Shown here: positions 48,224 to 56,158 of the stretch, in pieces
Layout: every line of letters begins with the position of its first letter
Numbering within the stretch: the first letter of the stretch is position 1
IMG/VR virus record: IMGVR_UViG_3300021167_000382
Location: 96,001-160,000 of that record
Source: a virus
Lineage: Duplodnaviria > Caudoviricetes
Strand: one strand, 5' to 3'
Length of the DNA: 64,000 nt
Translations under genes and position numbers: made by a program
Notes under the pieces: generated by a model
What the model saw: the letters and a program-made list of their open reading frames with translations, nothing else
Database searches by the model: none
Told to the model about the DNA's origin: nothing

Positions 48224-48694
48224 TTATCCTTGTTTTTCGACCAAGAGACCGCCCATGGTAAGTGCTGCATTACGGACAGTAGCGGGACTGAATCGCCAAG
48301 CACCCTCAAACTTCAATGCCTCCGCCGCCCACTCACTGCAGAAGTATTTAACCGCATGCTCTCTCAACATCCAAGGAAAAGCGAAGCGTCCAACGCCCAT
48401 ATAGTCATAGGGAAGACCTTTGGTCTTATCGAACAATGCTTCAATATCCTCAGCTTTAGCATAAGGAAGTTCAAGCACTTCCCAGTGTTCAGGATCGACC
48501 TGCATCATCTTAACGCGGACACCGTGGTCCACGCCACTGGCAGAATAACAAGCCACTACACCTTCAAGCGGATTTCCGATACAAATTTCACTATGGCTGA
48601 ATTCCGTCTTATCCAACGTACGGATAATGCGATTCACAAGCCCAGTTAATCCGGACCGAACTGACTTGTAGCTAGCAATGTAAACTTTTTCCAT
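48224..48694 (-). CDS. Permuted papain-like NlpC/P60 enzyme (YiiX/YaeF-like)
   Basis: FSHSEI (His) precedes G.PYDY.G and YFCSEW (Cys), then FSP. Confidence 0.82.
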   Translation of the reverse strand: MEKVYIASYKSVRSGLTGLVNRIIRTLDKTEFSHSEICIGNPLEGVVACYSASGVDHGVRVKMMQVDPEHWEVLELPYAKAEDIEALFDKTKGLPYDYMGVGRFAFPWMLREHAVKYFCSEWAAEALKFEGAWRFSPATVRNAALTMGGLLVEKQG

Positions 48695-48704
48695 GACCTA
48701 CTCC

Positions 48705-49121
48705 TTAACTATAAACCAAGTTTGTTCGGTCATCCCAAGCTTGCTGCTGGGTCAACGCTGAGTTCGATGGATCAGTATCACGAGAATAAGATACAATACC
48801 CGCACCAGTGATACGTTTGATACGCCAACTTGTTCCTGAAGTTTGACGAATATAGATCGTCGAGCCCCAAGATCCACCATGGTCATACTGAATACCTTCC
48901 CAGACTACCGGAATCGTAGCAACTACTGCAGCAATCTGTGCAGCCACATAGGCTTCAACAACAGACATGATTTCAGCCAGTGATGATGTCTTTCTGACAA
49001 TATCTCCTGTACCTCCTGTCACTACTACGACTAAACCAGTAGCTGTACCATCACTCATCAAGTAAATGGTGTTCGCTTCCACTGGGTCAGGTAGCGATAT
49101 TACTTTTTTGATTTCAATCAT
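48705..49121 (-). CDS. Fibre-family paralog (IKKVISLP..VEANTIY N-terminus)
   Basis: First ~60 aa align with 42978..44222; C-terminal WRIKRI...AWDDRTNLVY. Confidence 0.78.
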   Translation of the reverse strand: MIEIKKVISLPDPVEANTIYLMSDGTATGLVVVVTGGTGDIVRKTSSLAEIMSVVEAYVAAQIAAVVATIPVVWEGIQYDHGGSWGSTIYIRQTSGTSWRIKRITGAGIVSYSRDTDPSNSALTQQQAWDDRTNLVYS

Positions 49122-49240
49122 TGTTTCCTCACTAACTTGTGTATAGCGGTATGTGGTTGGGAATTCCGCTACTTCACGCCATGGTTATTTAACTTCCTCG
49201 AATCCTATTCACTTTATCCCGTGTAAATAGATAGTTTATA

Positions 49241-49801
49241 TCAAGACAGAATAACAGGCGGTGGTCCTGGTGGGGGTGAAGGTGGCGTTGGGGGTGTTGG
49301 TTGTTCTGGTACAGGTGCAGCGGCTAAAGGCGGTGCTAACGCATCGCTCATGAACGCAAGGAAGTCTCCGTCCATGAACTGGATCATGTCATTATCCATG
49401 AACATGACCGTAGAGAATTCAAAATCCTCACCCTTCAACCATCTGAACTTATAGATGCATTGATCTTTGTAAAATCTAGCAACTTCACCGGTGACTACAT
49501 AGACCTCATCACCAAGTCCGAGATTGACAACAACGTTCTGAATGGTCTCCACTCGAACAATGTGATCACGAGTGATATCACCCAGACTGAAATACAACAT
49601 AATGATAACGTTGTCATCACTACGCATGGTTTGAACCTGGTAGCCGTAGGTATAACCATAGGCTTTCATGACCGATTTAATCTGACACAGTCCAGGGTTT
49701 AGCTTTTTACCGTACTTTTTATTGTACGAATCTACTGCAAACTTGATCAGGAAATCCTTTTCAGGTAAGTATTCCTGAGAAACATTAGAGAACCGTGACA
49801 T
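49241..49801 (-). CDS. Putative virion protein with Pro-rich C-terminal tail
   Basis: Start MSRFSN at 49801 (AGGAAG RBS); tail PPTPPSPPPGPPP. Confidence 0.7.
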   Translation of the reverse strand: MSRFSNVSQEYLPEKDFLIKFAVDSYNKKYGKKLNPGLCQIKSVMKAYGYTYGYQVQTMRSDDNVIIMLYFSLGDITRDHIVRVETIQNVVVNLGLGDEVYVVTGEVARFYKDQCIYKFRWLKGEDFEFSTVMFMDNDMIQFMDGDFLAFMSDALAPPLAAAPVPEQPTPPTPPSPPPGPPPVILS

Positions 49802-49829
49802 GGTTTTCTTCCTATTTATAAACCACTGG

Positions 49830-49867
49830 ATCACGGAGAGGGAGGCGTCGGCCTCCCTCTCCGTGAT
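49830..49867. terminator. Hairpin terminator
   Basis: ATCACGGAGAGGGAGGC-GTCG-GCCTCCCTCTCCGTGAT, 17-bp stem. Confidence 0.85.
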
Positions 49868-49877
49868 GTCGCAGTAG

Positions 49878-50246
49878 TTACTTACTTAGCGAATGAATGT
49901 TTGTTTGCATCTGTCGTGACGTGAAGACCCCTTGTGTATCCTTACAAGGCTTGTAGAAAAGCAAATCGACCAGTTCCTTAGTCAGCAGAAACTCCTTACA
50001 ACTCTCTGGGTCATAGAACCGATAGACAACTTGTCCAGGGTTACGTCGACCAGGTTCAATACCGACCAGAATGTAATCTAGGAAGTAAGGACGGAAGATC
50101 ATCAAATCTTTGTACTTAGATTCCTCTTCAGGCATCTGCATGCCTTCATCCTCCATTCCTGTTATGAGAACGTTGGTGCGAAGAATCTGAGGTTTAAAAA
50201 AAGAAGCAAGGTGTCTATAGAACGCCTTAACGTGATTTAAGATCAT
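49878..50246 (-). CDS. Hypothetical protein
   Basis: Likely start MILNHV at 50246 with AGGGAG RBS. Confidence 0.65.
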   Translation of the reverse strand: MILNHVKAFYRHLASFFKPQILRTNVLITGMEDEGMQMPEEESKYKDLMIFRPYFLDYILVGIEPGRRNPGQVVYRFYDPESCKEFLLTKELVDLLFYKPCKDTQGVFTSRQMQTNIHSLSK

Positions 50247-51663
50247 TATCGATTTCTCCCTTAACACCGGCATAGTCAATATCCGGAATGTGTTTGAATG
50301 CTTCGACTGCAATAGAGAGTCGAACTGTAGTACGGTAAGCTTGTGTATTGTACTTACCCACACGAGTGGTCATGCCATGGACAAAAAGAATCGTCCCATT
50401 GACACTGATGGCTTTTCCTTGACTCAGGTAGGTGTATCGACACGGCATACCTGGATAGATCAATTCTTCATCTGCGTTTTCCCACACGAGATCAAGCTGA
50501 CCAAGAGAATTTTGAAGAACCTTACTCTTCTGTATATAAGGGTTACTGCTAGGACCACCTTGAACTACAGGCGCATAGTCTAAGCCATCCTTACGGTTCT
50601 TCACGACGAGTTCATGATTCAGCTGAGCGCGACTGCCTACTGGACCATCTTTCGACATCAGGACTGGTTTCTTCATGAATGAACGGGCATCCGGCATTCT
50701 GAAACCATTCCCACCATTCATCATACCAAGCTCTGCAGAGTCAGTATACTTTCGCTGAGCAGTCACTGCCACTTTAAGGATATCACCGTCAAGGGTGTAT
50801 GAGCGATCCAGCTGAGGAAGTTTCTCCTGAGGCACCGCATAGAACACTACCCGAGGTTCTTTCCCGTCAAATCTTTCCGTGTCGTAAGTCGGATAAACAA
50901 AGAGTGTTCGTTTCCCTCTGTAATTCTGAAAGAAGGTACCGATGCCTCGATTATAGATCCCTAGTTCATTTTGAAGAAAAGTGGGAAGATTAACAACACG
51001 TGTCCCCGTTGGTACGGTGATATGAGGTATAGTGGTAGCGTTGTCTGGATCAACGATATTAATCGCATCGATACACGGCTTTCCATCCACCAGAACTTGA
51101 TTCGCTTCATGACCGATGATTGCATTGAGGAAAGTAGCGAGCGTTTGATTCTTATAAACACCATCTGTGGTCTTGATACGGAAAGGTTCTAAACTTCGAT
51201 GACAGAGTTCAATCTGTACTTCCACTAAGTCGATGGTGTTGAGATCTTGAATGTGATACATCTCGATATCACTCGCACCGACTGGTGGATTGTTCTTCGG
51301 GTTAAAGATTGCCTTGTACCGCGTGATAGCGATCTCTTTATTTGGCTTACGTCTTGAACCAGATTCATTGATCGGTGTACGTTTCAGAGTGAACTCTAAG
51401 TTATCCCGGAATGGGTGTAGTCGGTTGACGTAGTCACCCATGGGCATTTTGAAAGTGATGACACGAGTATCGCCGATGTTTGTTAAGTAATCTCGTTCGG
51501 TTAGAATGGGGTTGATGTCCCAAATTCCCATGTCTTCTTTTTCAGTGTGAAGAATACCTTTATAGTCAAAAAGACTTGTTCCGGTACTCTTACCGATGAT
51601 ATTCTTAACCTCAAGCCAAACCGTAGAGCTATCGTAGGTTGGTTTCTTACTCTTGTTTGCCAT
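50227..51663 (-). CDS. Virion structural protein, baseplate-hub-like (phiKZ gp101-like)
   Basis: RDY....D, LPTFLQ..GIY..GIG.F.Q, YP.YD..RF, W.NA...LIYPGMP motifs. Confidence 0.7.
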   Translation of the reverse strand: MANKSKKPTYDSSTVWLEVKNIIGKSTGTSLFDYKGILHTEKEDMGIWDINPILTERDYLTNIGDTRVITFKMPMGDYVNRLHPFRDNLEFTLKRTPINESGSRRKPNKEIAITRYKAIFNPKNNPPVGASDIEMYHIQDLNTIDLVEVQIELCHRSLEPFRIKTTDGVYKNQTLATFLNAIIGHEANQVLVDGKPCIDAINIVDPDNATTIPHITVPTGTRVVNLPTFLQNELGIYNRGIGTFFQNYRGKRTLFVYPTYDTERFDGKEPRVVFYAVPQEKLPQLDRSYTLDGDILKVAVTAQRKYTDSAELGMMNGGNGFRMPDARSFMKKPVLMSKDGPVGSRAQLNHELVVKNRKDGLDYAPVVQGGPSSNPYIQKSKVLQNSLGQLDLVWENADEELIYPGMPCRYTYLSQGKAISVNGTILFVHGMTTRVGKYNTQAYRTTVRLSIAVEAFKHIPDIDYAGVKGEIDNDLKSR

Positions 51664-52300
51664 GGATACCTCCTAAGGTACCAGCGCGTTCCATCTGCTC
51701 AATAAAGAGCTTGCTAAGATCTTCGCGTTCTCTAACAGGTGCTTGACGATGGTCAGTGACTGTTTTCTTAGCCACCTGCTCACCTGACGCTGTAACGCTA
51801 ACCGTTTCAATTTTCGAATAACCCTTGTTGAGGATATTGAAGAAGTTGATAGTCTGTATACCAGCAAAGGCATGGCTATGAACTGCCGCACGCTCTTGCT
51901 CAGTAAAGATAGACTTCGCTTTGTCATAGACGATACTAGCAAACTTATCCAGGTCCACCAAGTCTTCTAGAAGTTCTTTATTACTTCCATTGATAGTGAA
52001 CCGAATGAACTCACCTGTCTTAACGAGGTGACGTTGAATGATCTCGTAGATCTCGGCACAGTCTTGATAGTTAGCAACTTTAACCGTGACACCCTTCCGC
52101 CACATCTCAAACATAGCGTCAATCGAGAGCTCGCTGTCGATCTCATAGCTTTCAATCGTGGCATCGATGGAAGGCACGCCTGAAACCCGTACGCCATAGC
52201 GTCGAAGATTTTCCGGGCTACGGGATTGGAAGTGACGATACCGGACCGCATAGTAGCGTTCAAAGAGGTCTCGGTGATCGTAGTGGAGTTTTTGATTCAT
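51647..52300 (-). CDS. Conserved phiKZ-like protein (gp100-like)
   Basis: SRS.E.LR.YG...SG, I..M.E....GV.V motifs; likely start 52300. Confidence 0.65.
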   Translation of the reverse strand: MNQKLHYDHRDLFERYYAVRYRHFQSRSPENLRRYGVRVSGVPSIDATIESYEIDSELSIDAMFEMWRKGVTVKVANYQDCAEIYEIIQRHLVKTGEFIRFTINGSNKELLEDLVDLDKFASIVYDKAKSIFTEQERAAVHSHAFAGIQTINFFNILNKGYSKIETVSVTASGEQVAKKTVTDHRQAPVREREDLSKLFIEQMERAGTLGGIHGKQE

Positions 52301-52301
52301 C

Positions 52302-53663
52302 TCAATAGTATCCAGCAACCGCATCCTTCAACAGCACAAGAAGAATCGGAGTGTAGTAGAACTTCTCAACACGACCCCAGGACTTCCAGCTATTGACCAG
52401 CATGGCTAGATGACCAAGATGCGGTGTTTCAGCCTTCAAGTAACTGGTAGTCAGAATTTCCAAAAGGGACATACTCCCTGCATCTTGCCCATAGAAGCTT
52501 TCAGACAAGACATAGAACCCATTCTTGTTAGCTTCGTAGATCAGAGGAATGGTTTTCCCAGCATATTCAATCGAAGGGATTGGATCAGCCAGAGGTACAC
52601 CAATGAACGGTCCAATCATTCCAGCCAGATTAGCGCTAGCAGATAGTCGATTATAGACCAGATTAGCGGCATCGAGATCAGGATAAACATACTGATCCAC
52701 ATTCCAACAATTCGTGGTGGTTAAGAAACTATTCTGAGCGAAGAACGAACGAAAGACCTTGGATACTTTCGGCAATGCGACCGAGAGCATATCGATATTA
52801 CGCTGAAGAATCACCGTCCAAATAGACGACAATGTCAAATAAGGATCACGGTCATGTGAGACACGGTGGATGTAAGTGGCTTCAGGCGCAATTTCAGGAT
52901 CAACAATGGCGTGTACAAAACCAGCAGCACGGCTATCGTACAAGTAGTCGTCATCAGGAACGATCAAGAGACGGTCAAGATGTGAAGTAAACAACGTCAA
53001 ATAAGTCTTGGTTAAGGTAGCGTATTTCCCACGAAGTTCATTGACATCGCCATGTTCTTCTGTGGTGAGTAATGAAACTTGACCCGCCTGGAGACGTTCT
53101 TTGTGGAAATGAAACTCCTTTACTACGCGGTGTTCAAGTGCCTCATAGCGCGGTTTAGCAGTGTCACTGTCCACATAGCCGATCAGGATATAGTCAATCT
53201 CATAAACACTGCCGTTGTTATAGGTCTTACGTGTTGAAGTTGTGACCATGAAGAGACCAAGTCCACGAACACCGACATCTGTCACAAAGTAGTCGTAGGC
53301 ATTCGGAATCATACCGATAGCGACTGCAGAGCCCTTGACATCGTTACGGCCCGTTGTTTCATCATAGGACTGCGATAGTTCTGACTGAACACGAAGCTCG
53401 ATGTTGTTCAGTTTCCGATACTGTTGTAGGGCTGCGGATTGCCCGAGGTCAATTTCACGAATATCGTCATGACGATCACCAAGCTGACTGTAGTAAGTGA
53501 CCGTCCAAGGCATACCTTCCATGTAGAGGACAAGTGATTCTGGCGGGTTAATGGCCGAATCAGCCGCTGCAGTCTTGTAAATATTCTTCTCTTTCAGCAT
53601 CTCTCCGACAGGCAAAGGAGATTTGTCTACAACAACTTCAGGTTTCTTTTTAGCGATAGGCAC
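52302..53663 (-). CDS. Virion structural protein (phiKZ gp99-like)
   Basis: Y.EG.PWTV.YYSQ, QQY....ELRV, PN..D.F..D.G and W...EKFYY.P.L..L motifs. Confidence 0.72.
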   Translation of the reverse strand: MPIAKKKPEVVVDKSPLPVGEMLKEKNIYKTAAADSAINPPESLVLYMEGMPWTVTYYSQLGDRHDDIREIDLGQSAALQQYRKLNNIELRVQSELSQSYDETTGRNDVKGSAVAIGMIPNAYDYFVTDVGVRGLGLFMVTTSTRKTYNNGSVYEIDYILIGYVDSDTAKPRYEALEHRVVKEFHFHKERLQAGQVSLLTTEEHGDVNELRGKYATLTKTYLTLFTSHLDRLLIVPDDDYLYDSRAAGFVHAIVDPEIAPEATYIHRVSHDRDPYLTLSSIWTVILQRNIDMLSVALPKVSKVFRSFFAQNSFLTTTNCWNVDQYVYPDLDAANLVYNRLSASANLAGMIGPFIGVPLADPIPSIEYAGKTIPLIYEANKNGFYVLSESFYGQDAGSMSLLEILTTSYLKAETPHLGHLAMLVNSWKSWGRVEKFYYTPILLVLLKDAVAGYY

Positions 53664-53717
53664 AGCGATCTCCTAAATTAAATTCATTACCAAGGGATTT
53701 CAAGGCTAAATCAAAAA

Positions 53718-53745
53718 AGAAGAGGAGGGAGATCCCTCCTCTTCT
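53718..53745. terminator. Hairpin terminator
   Basis: AGAAGAGGAGGGA-GA-TCCCTCCTCTTCT, with a T-run on the minus strand. Confidence 0.85.
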
Positions 53746-54359
53746 CACCATTTATGGTAAATAGACACTTTATCCAGGATCAACTCTTTAACTACTTTCT
53801 TGACCTTGACAATCCCTTTCTCAGGGTAGACCATCAAATGCGGCACGGCAGCAGCGTACTTCATCTTAATGTCATTAAAATTAGGCCGAGAGGGAAGTGC
53901 CAGATAAGCCTCGAGTGTTTTTCCTTGATTCTTCAAAATAGCTTTCTTTAAAGCGCTAGGTTGATTACCAAGATAACCCAACTTAATAAGTTCTTTCTTC
54001 TCAAATGCGCGCCACTGATCACCCGTTAGATCATCTAACTTAGGATCGTAGAAATGAACCATCATCTCTACAGATTCGGCGACTTTATACCAAGCCGGCA
54101 GAATGTCATCTACTTCAACTTCATGTCTATAGACATGCGTACCTGGTTTCCAGAACGGGTGGTTACCTTTAAACACCGCCGCTACAGCGTTAAGCGGTAA
54201 CGGTTCCATGAAGAAAGATATGTGACGATAGTAAGGAAGATAGTCCAAGTCCATCTTCTTTCCGTTGTCAATTTCTACTTCTTCAGCGGTGACTTCGCCT
54301 CGTTCAAGACGAGTTGCGAGGTTTTCATACTTACTTGCTGCATAGTGATAGAGTTTCAT
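53745..54359 (-). CDS. Conserved jumbo-phage protein, probably virion-associated (204 aa)
   Basis: LYHY, Y..HISFF.EP.P and KYAA.VPH.M.YP..G motifs; ends IYHKW like the protease (IYHSW). Confidence 0.7.
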   Translation of the reverse strand: MKLYHYAASKYENLATRLERGEVTAEEVEIDNGKKMDLDYLPYYRHISFFMEPLPLNAVAAVFKGNHPFWKPGTHVYRHEVEVDDILPAWYKVAESVEMMVHFYDPKLDDLTGDQWRAFEKKELIKLGYLGNQPSALKKAILKNQGKTLEAYLALPSRPNFNDIKMKYAAAVPHLMVYPEKGIVKVKKVVKELILDKVSIYHKW

Positions 54360-54420
54360 TCAGAGCTCCTTTATTCACTTTATCTCGACTCTGTTACAAA
54401 AGAAAAAAGAAAGGTTGACC

Positions 54421-54449
54421 AGAGTGCCGGGGTTTCCCCTCAGCACTCT
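54421..54449 (-). terminator. Terminator closing the structured transcript
   Basis: AGAGTGCTGAGGGGAAACCCCGGCACTCT followed by a T-rich tract on the minus strand. Confidence 0.75.
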
Positions 54450-54735
54450 AGCTAGACGATTCGCCGTCAGTCGTCAGACCGCCTCATCGAGGCATTGGTA
54501 TTCGCGGTGATTACGATCAACTGTAATCACCGGCTCTATCTCTTCACAGATCAAAGACTTGCTGCACAGTCTACTGTGAATACTTCGAGAAGGAACCAGG
54601 CTCTTGAACCCTGTATTAGTATGCAGACTTTAGTATGGTACTTGGAGACTACTAGGTACTTCAGGTGATGCTATACTACTTGGGTTTTATATCCGTTACA
54701 CGCCACGGGATCGGGCGACCGGTCTTTGCCGATTG
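54450..54735 (-). ncRNA. Structured non-coding 3' trailer or candidate ncRNA
   Basis: No ORF of 60 aa or more; hairpins at 54455-54475, 54481-54493, 54505-54532 (10-bp perfect stem) and 54543-54580. Confidence 0.55.
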
Positions 54736-55089
54736 TCAGGTCAACGAAGTACCCCGTTCCTTCAAGAATCGAAGGATCGCTACACCGGTGTATTTATCAC
54801 CGGAAGTAGTTTGAAAGTAGATAGCATTGAAATGCATCTCTTTACTTTCAAAGGCTTTACGAAACTCAGCTACTGTCTCGTAATCGTAGAATGCAATGTC
54901 CCATTCAGAACCATAGCTCCGAATAGTAAATTGCATCCCAGGCGATTCCAGGCACCAGGTCCCCTTGATAGGAGTCTTGCGCCAAGAATTACCAAACCGC
55001 TTGACAAGATCGTCAACGGCGCCGCCTTGACCGATGCCACCGATTAATTCCGGTTTGACATCAGGTAAAACAAAATCTACTAACTCCAT
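54736..55089 (-). CDS. Orphan protein (117 aa) embedded in structured RNA
   Basis: Perfect AAGGAGG RBS, ATG start; no recognised motif. Confidence 0.75.
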   Translation of the reverse strand: MELVDFVLPDVKPELIGGIGQGGAVDDLVKRFGNSWRKTPIKGTWCLESPGMQFTIRSYGSEWDIAFYDYETVAEFRKAFESKEMHFNAIYFQTTSGDKYTGVAILRFLKERGTSLT

Positions 55090-55337
55090 ACGACCTCCTT
55101 AAAGGAAAGAGCGAGAGTGCCCAAAGTATGAATAGGGTATATACCAACCCGTGGTGGTTTCCGATGGCGCTAGTCGGATTGCTATTTACGAAGAGGCGAG
55201 TCTTCAACCTAGACTATAGAGTCACCTAGGAAACTTACTACATGTAGGAAGTTCAGCGGATGTAAAGCTGGCCTTTTCACGATGCTCCCTCGGGATAACA
55301 TCTATGAAACGGTGCCTCATCATAACTTCCTACATGT
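55090..55337 (-). ncRNA. Structured 5' leader or candidate ncRNA (98-nt multibranch domain plus hairpin series)
   Basis: 14-bp perfect inverted repeat 55240-55253/55324-55337 enclosing three hairpins; four or five further hairpins before the RBS. Confidence 0.6.
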
Positions 55338-55356
55338 TAAATATACATGAGTGAAA
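55337..55356 (-). promoter_or_regulatory. Putative early promoter TTTCACTCATGTATATTTAA
   Basis: Near-identical to 307-331. Confidence 0.75.
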
Positions 55357-55381
55357 TACTTTAAGTACAGGAAAGAAAAAA

Positions 55382-55411
55382 TGAGATCAGGGGAGAAATC
55401 CCCTGATCTCA
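55382..55411. terminator. Hairpin terminator
   Basis: TGAGATCAGGGGA-GAAA-TCCCCTGATCTCA, with a T-run on the minus strand. Confidence 0.85.
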
Positions 55412-55449
55412 CCATTTGTGATAGATGGATGCTAGATTTGAAATCTGAA

Positions 55450-56142
55450 CTATGTAGCACCGGCGTTAGTTTTCGATTTCTGAATATCGTGAAGTTGTTT
55501 CTTAAAATCATCAATATACTTCATGACATCGGATAATTTCCAATACCGAACACCATTCTCGCTCTTACAATGTATAACCTTGTTCATTCGAAGAATGACC
55601 TTACCTAGTATCTCGAAATCATCAGTGAAAATCCCAGAATCAACGAGGCAGTTATGAAGACCCTTAATGTCAACTACAGCATCTTCCTCTAATTGAAAAG
55701 GAGGTGGTATTGGTTGCGCATTTTCTATTTTGATAGCGTCAATGGAAATCAACCTTATCTCGACCAGTCGAATGGCGTCGTTGTCACCTTTCTCCATCGC
55801 AGCAGTGCTCCGAGGACGAAACGCGATTAAGTTATTTTGAAACAAGTTATAGAGGCTATTCCCTGCAGGGCCAGCGACTGGTTTTATCGTTGCCATAACA
55901 AGACCCGTGGTTTCTTCGATGTAGACATCGGTAACCTTGTGAGTGATATCTTCCCCATTAAGAATGAGTACATCATCCTTCGAAAGATTCTCATAAGTAT
56001 CTACCACCGTACCGTAGAGCCGACCTTTACATTCATCGATAGCCTTGACCATCGCTGCACGCGTGTAAATTCGTTTATTTGAGTCAGGTGTTCCTACTCG
56101 GCAAATTTCAACTTTGAATTCTGTTTGTTCTGAAGCGGTCAT
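55450..56142 (-). CDS. Prohead-protease-fold protein, probably catalytically degenerate
   Basis: PDSNKRIY....M, LYG, ITHKVTD, GPAG..L, FRPRS.A parallel the T4 gp21 motifs N.NGR.Y, GEL.HP, SH.I and VSSRG.G. Confidence 0.55.
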   Translation of the reverse strand: MTASEQTEFKVEICRVGTPDSNKRIYTRAAMVKAIDECKGRLYGTVVDTYENLSKDDVLILNGEDITHKVTDVYIEETTGLVMATIKPVAGPAGNSLYNLFQNNLIAFRPRSTAAMEKGDNDAIRLVEIRLISIDAIKIENAQPIPPPFQLEEDAVVDIKGLHNCLVDSGIFTDDFEILGKVILRMNKVIHCKSENGVRYWKLSDVMKYIDDFKKQLHDIQKSKTNAGAT

Positions 56143-56158
56143 TGTTGACTCCTAATAC

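Noticed and set aside
54455-54480. CUGACGA...CGAAU hammerhead-like core in the trailer
   Set aside because: GAAU rather than GAAA, and no credible stems I-III
54596-54613. T-arm-like CAGGGTTCAAGAGCCTG suggesting a tRNA
   Set aside because: Closing pair is G-G, and no D arm, anticodon arm or acceptor stem could be assembled
54640-55225. Group I intron R/S-like words (GAGACTA, TATAGTC) with an ORF in a loop
   Set aside because: The two words lie on opposite strands, no interrupted host gene is evident, and the ORF has no homing endonuclease motif
55254-55325. Hammerhead-like words (AUGAUGAG...GUGAAA) in the leader
   Set aside because: Core is AUGAUGA rather than CUGANGA (no 3-8 pair), and no stem III/NUH arrangement can be built
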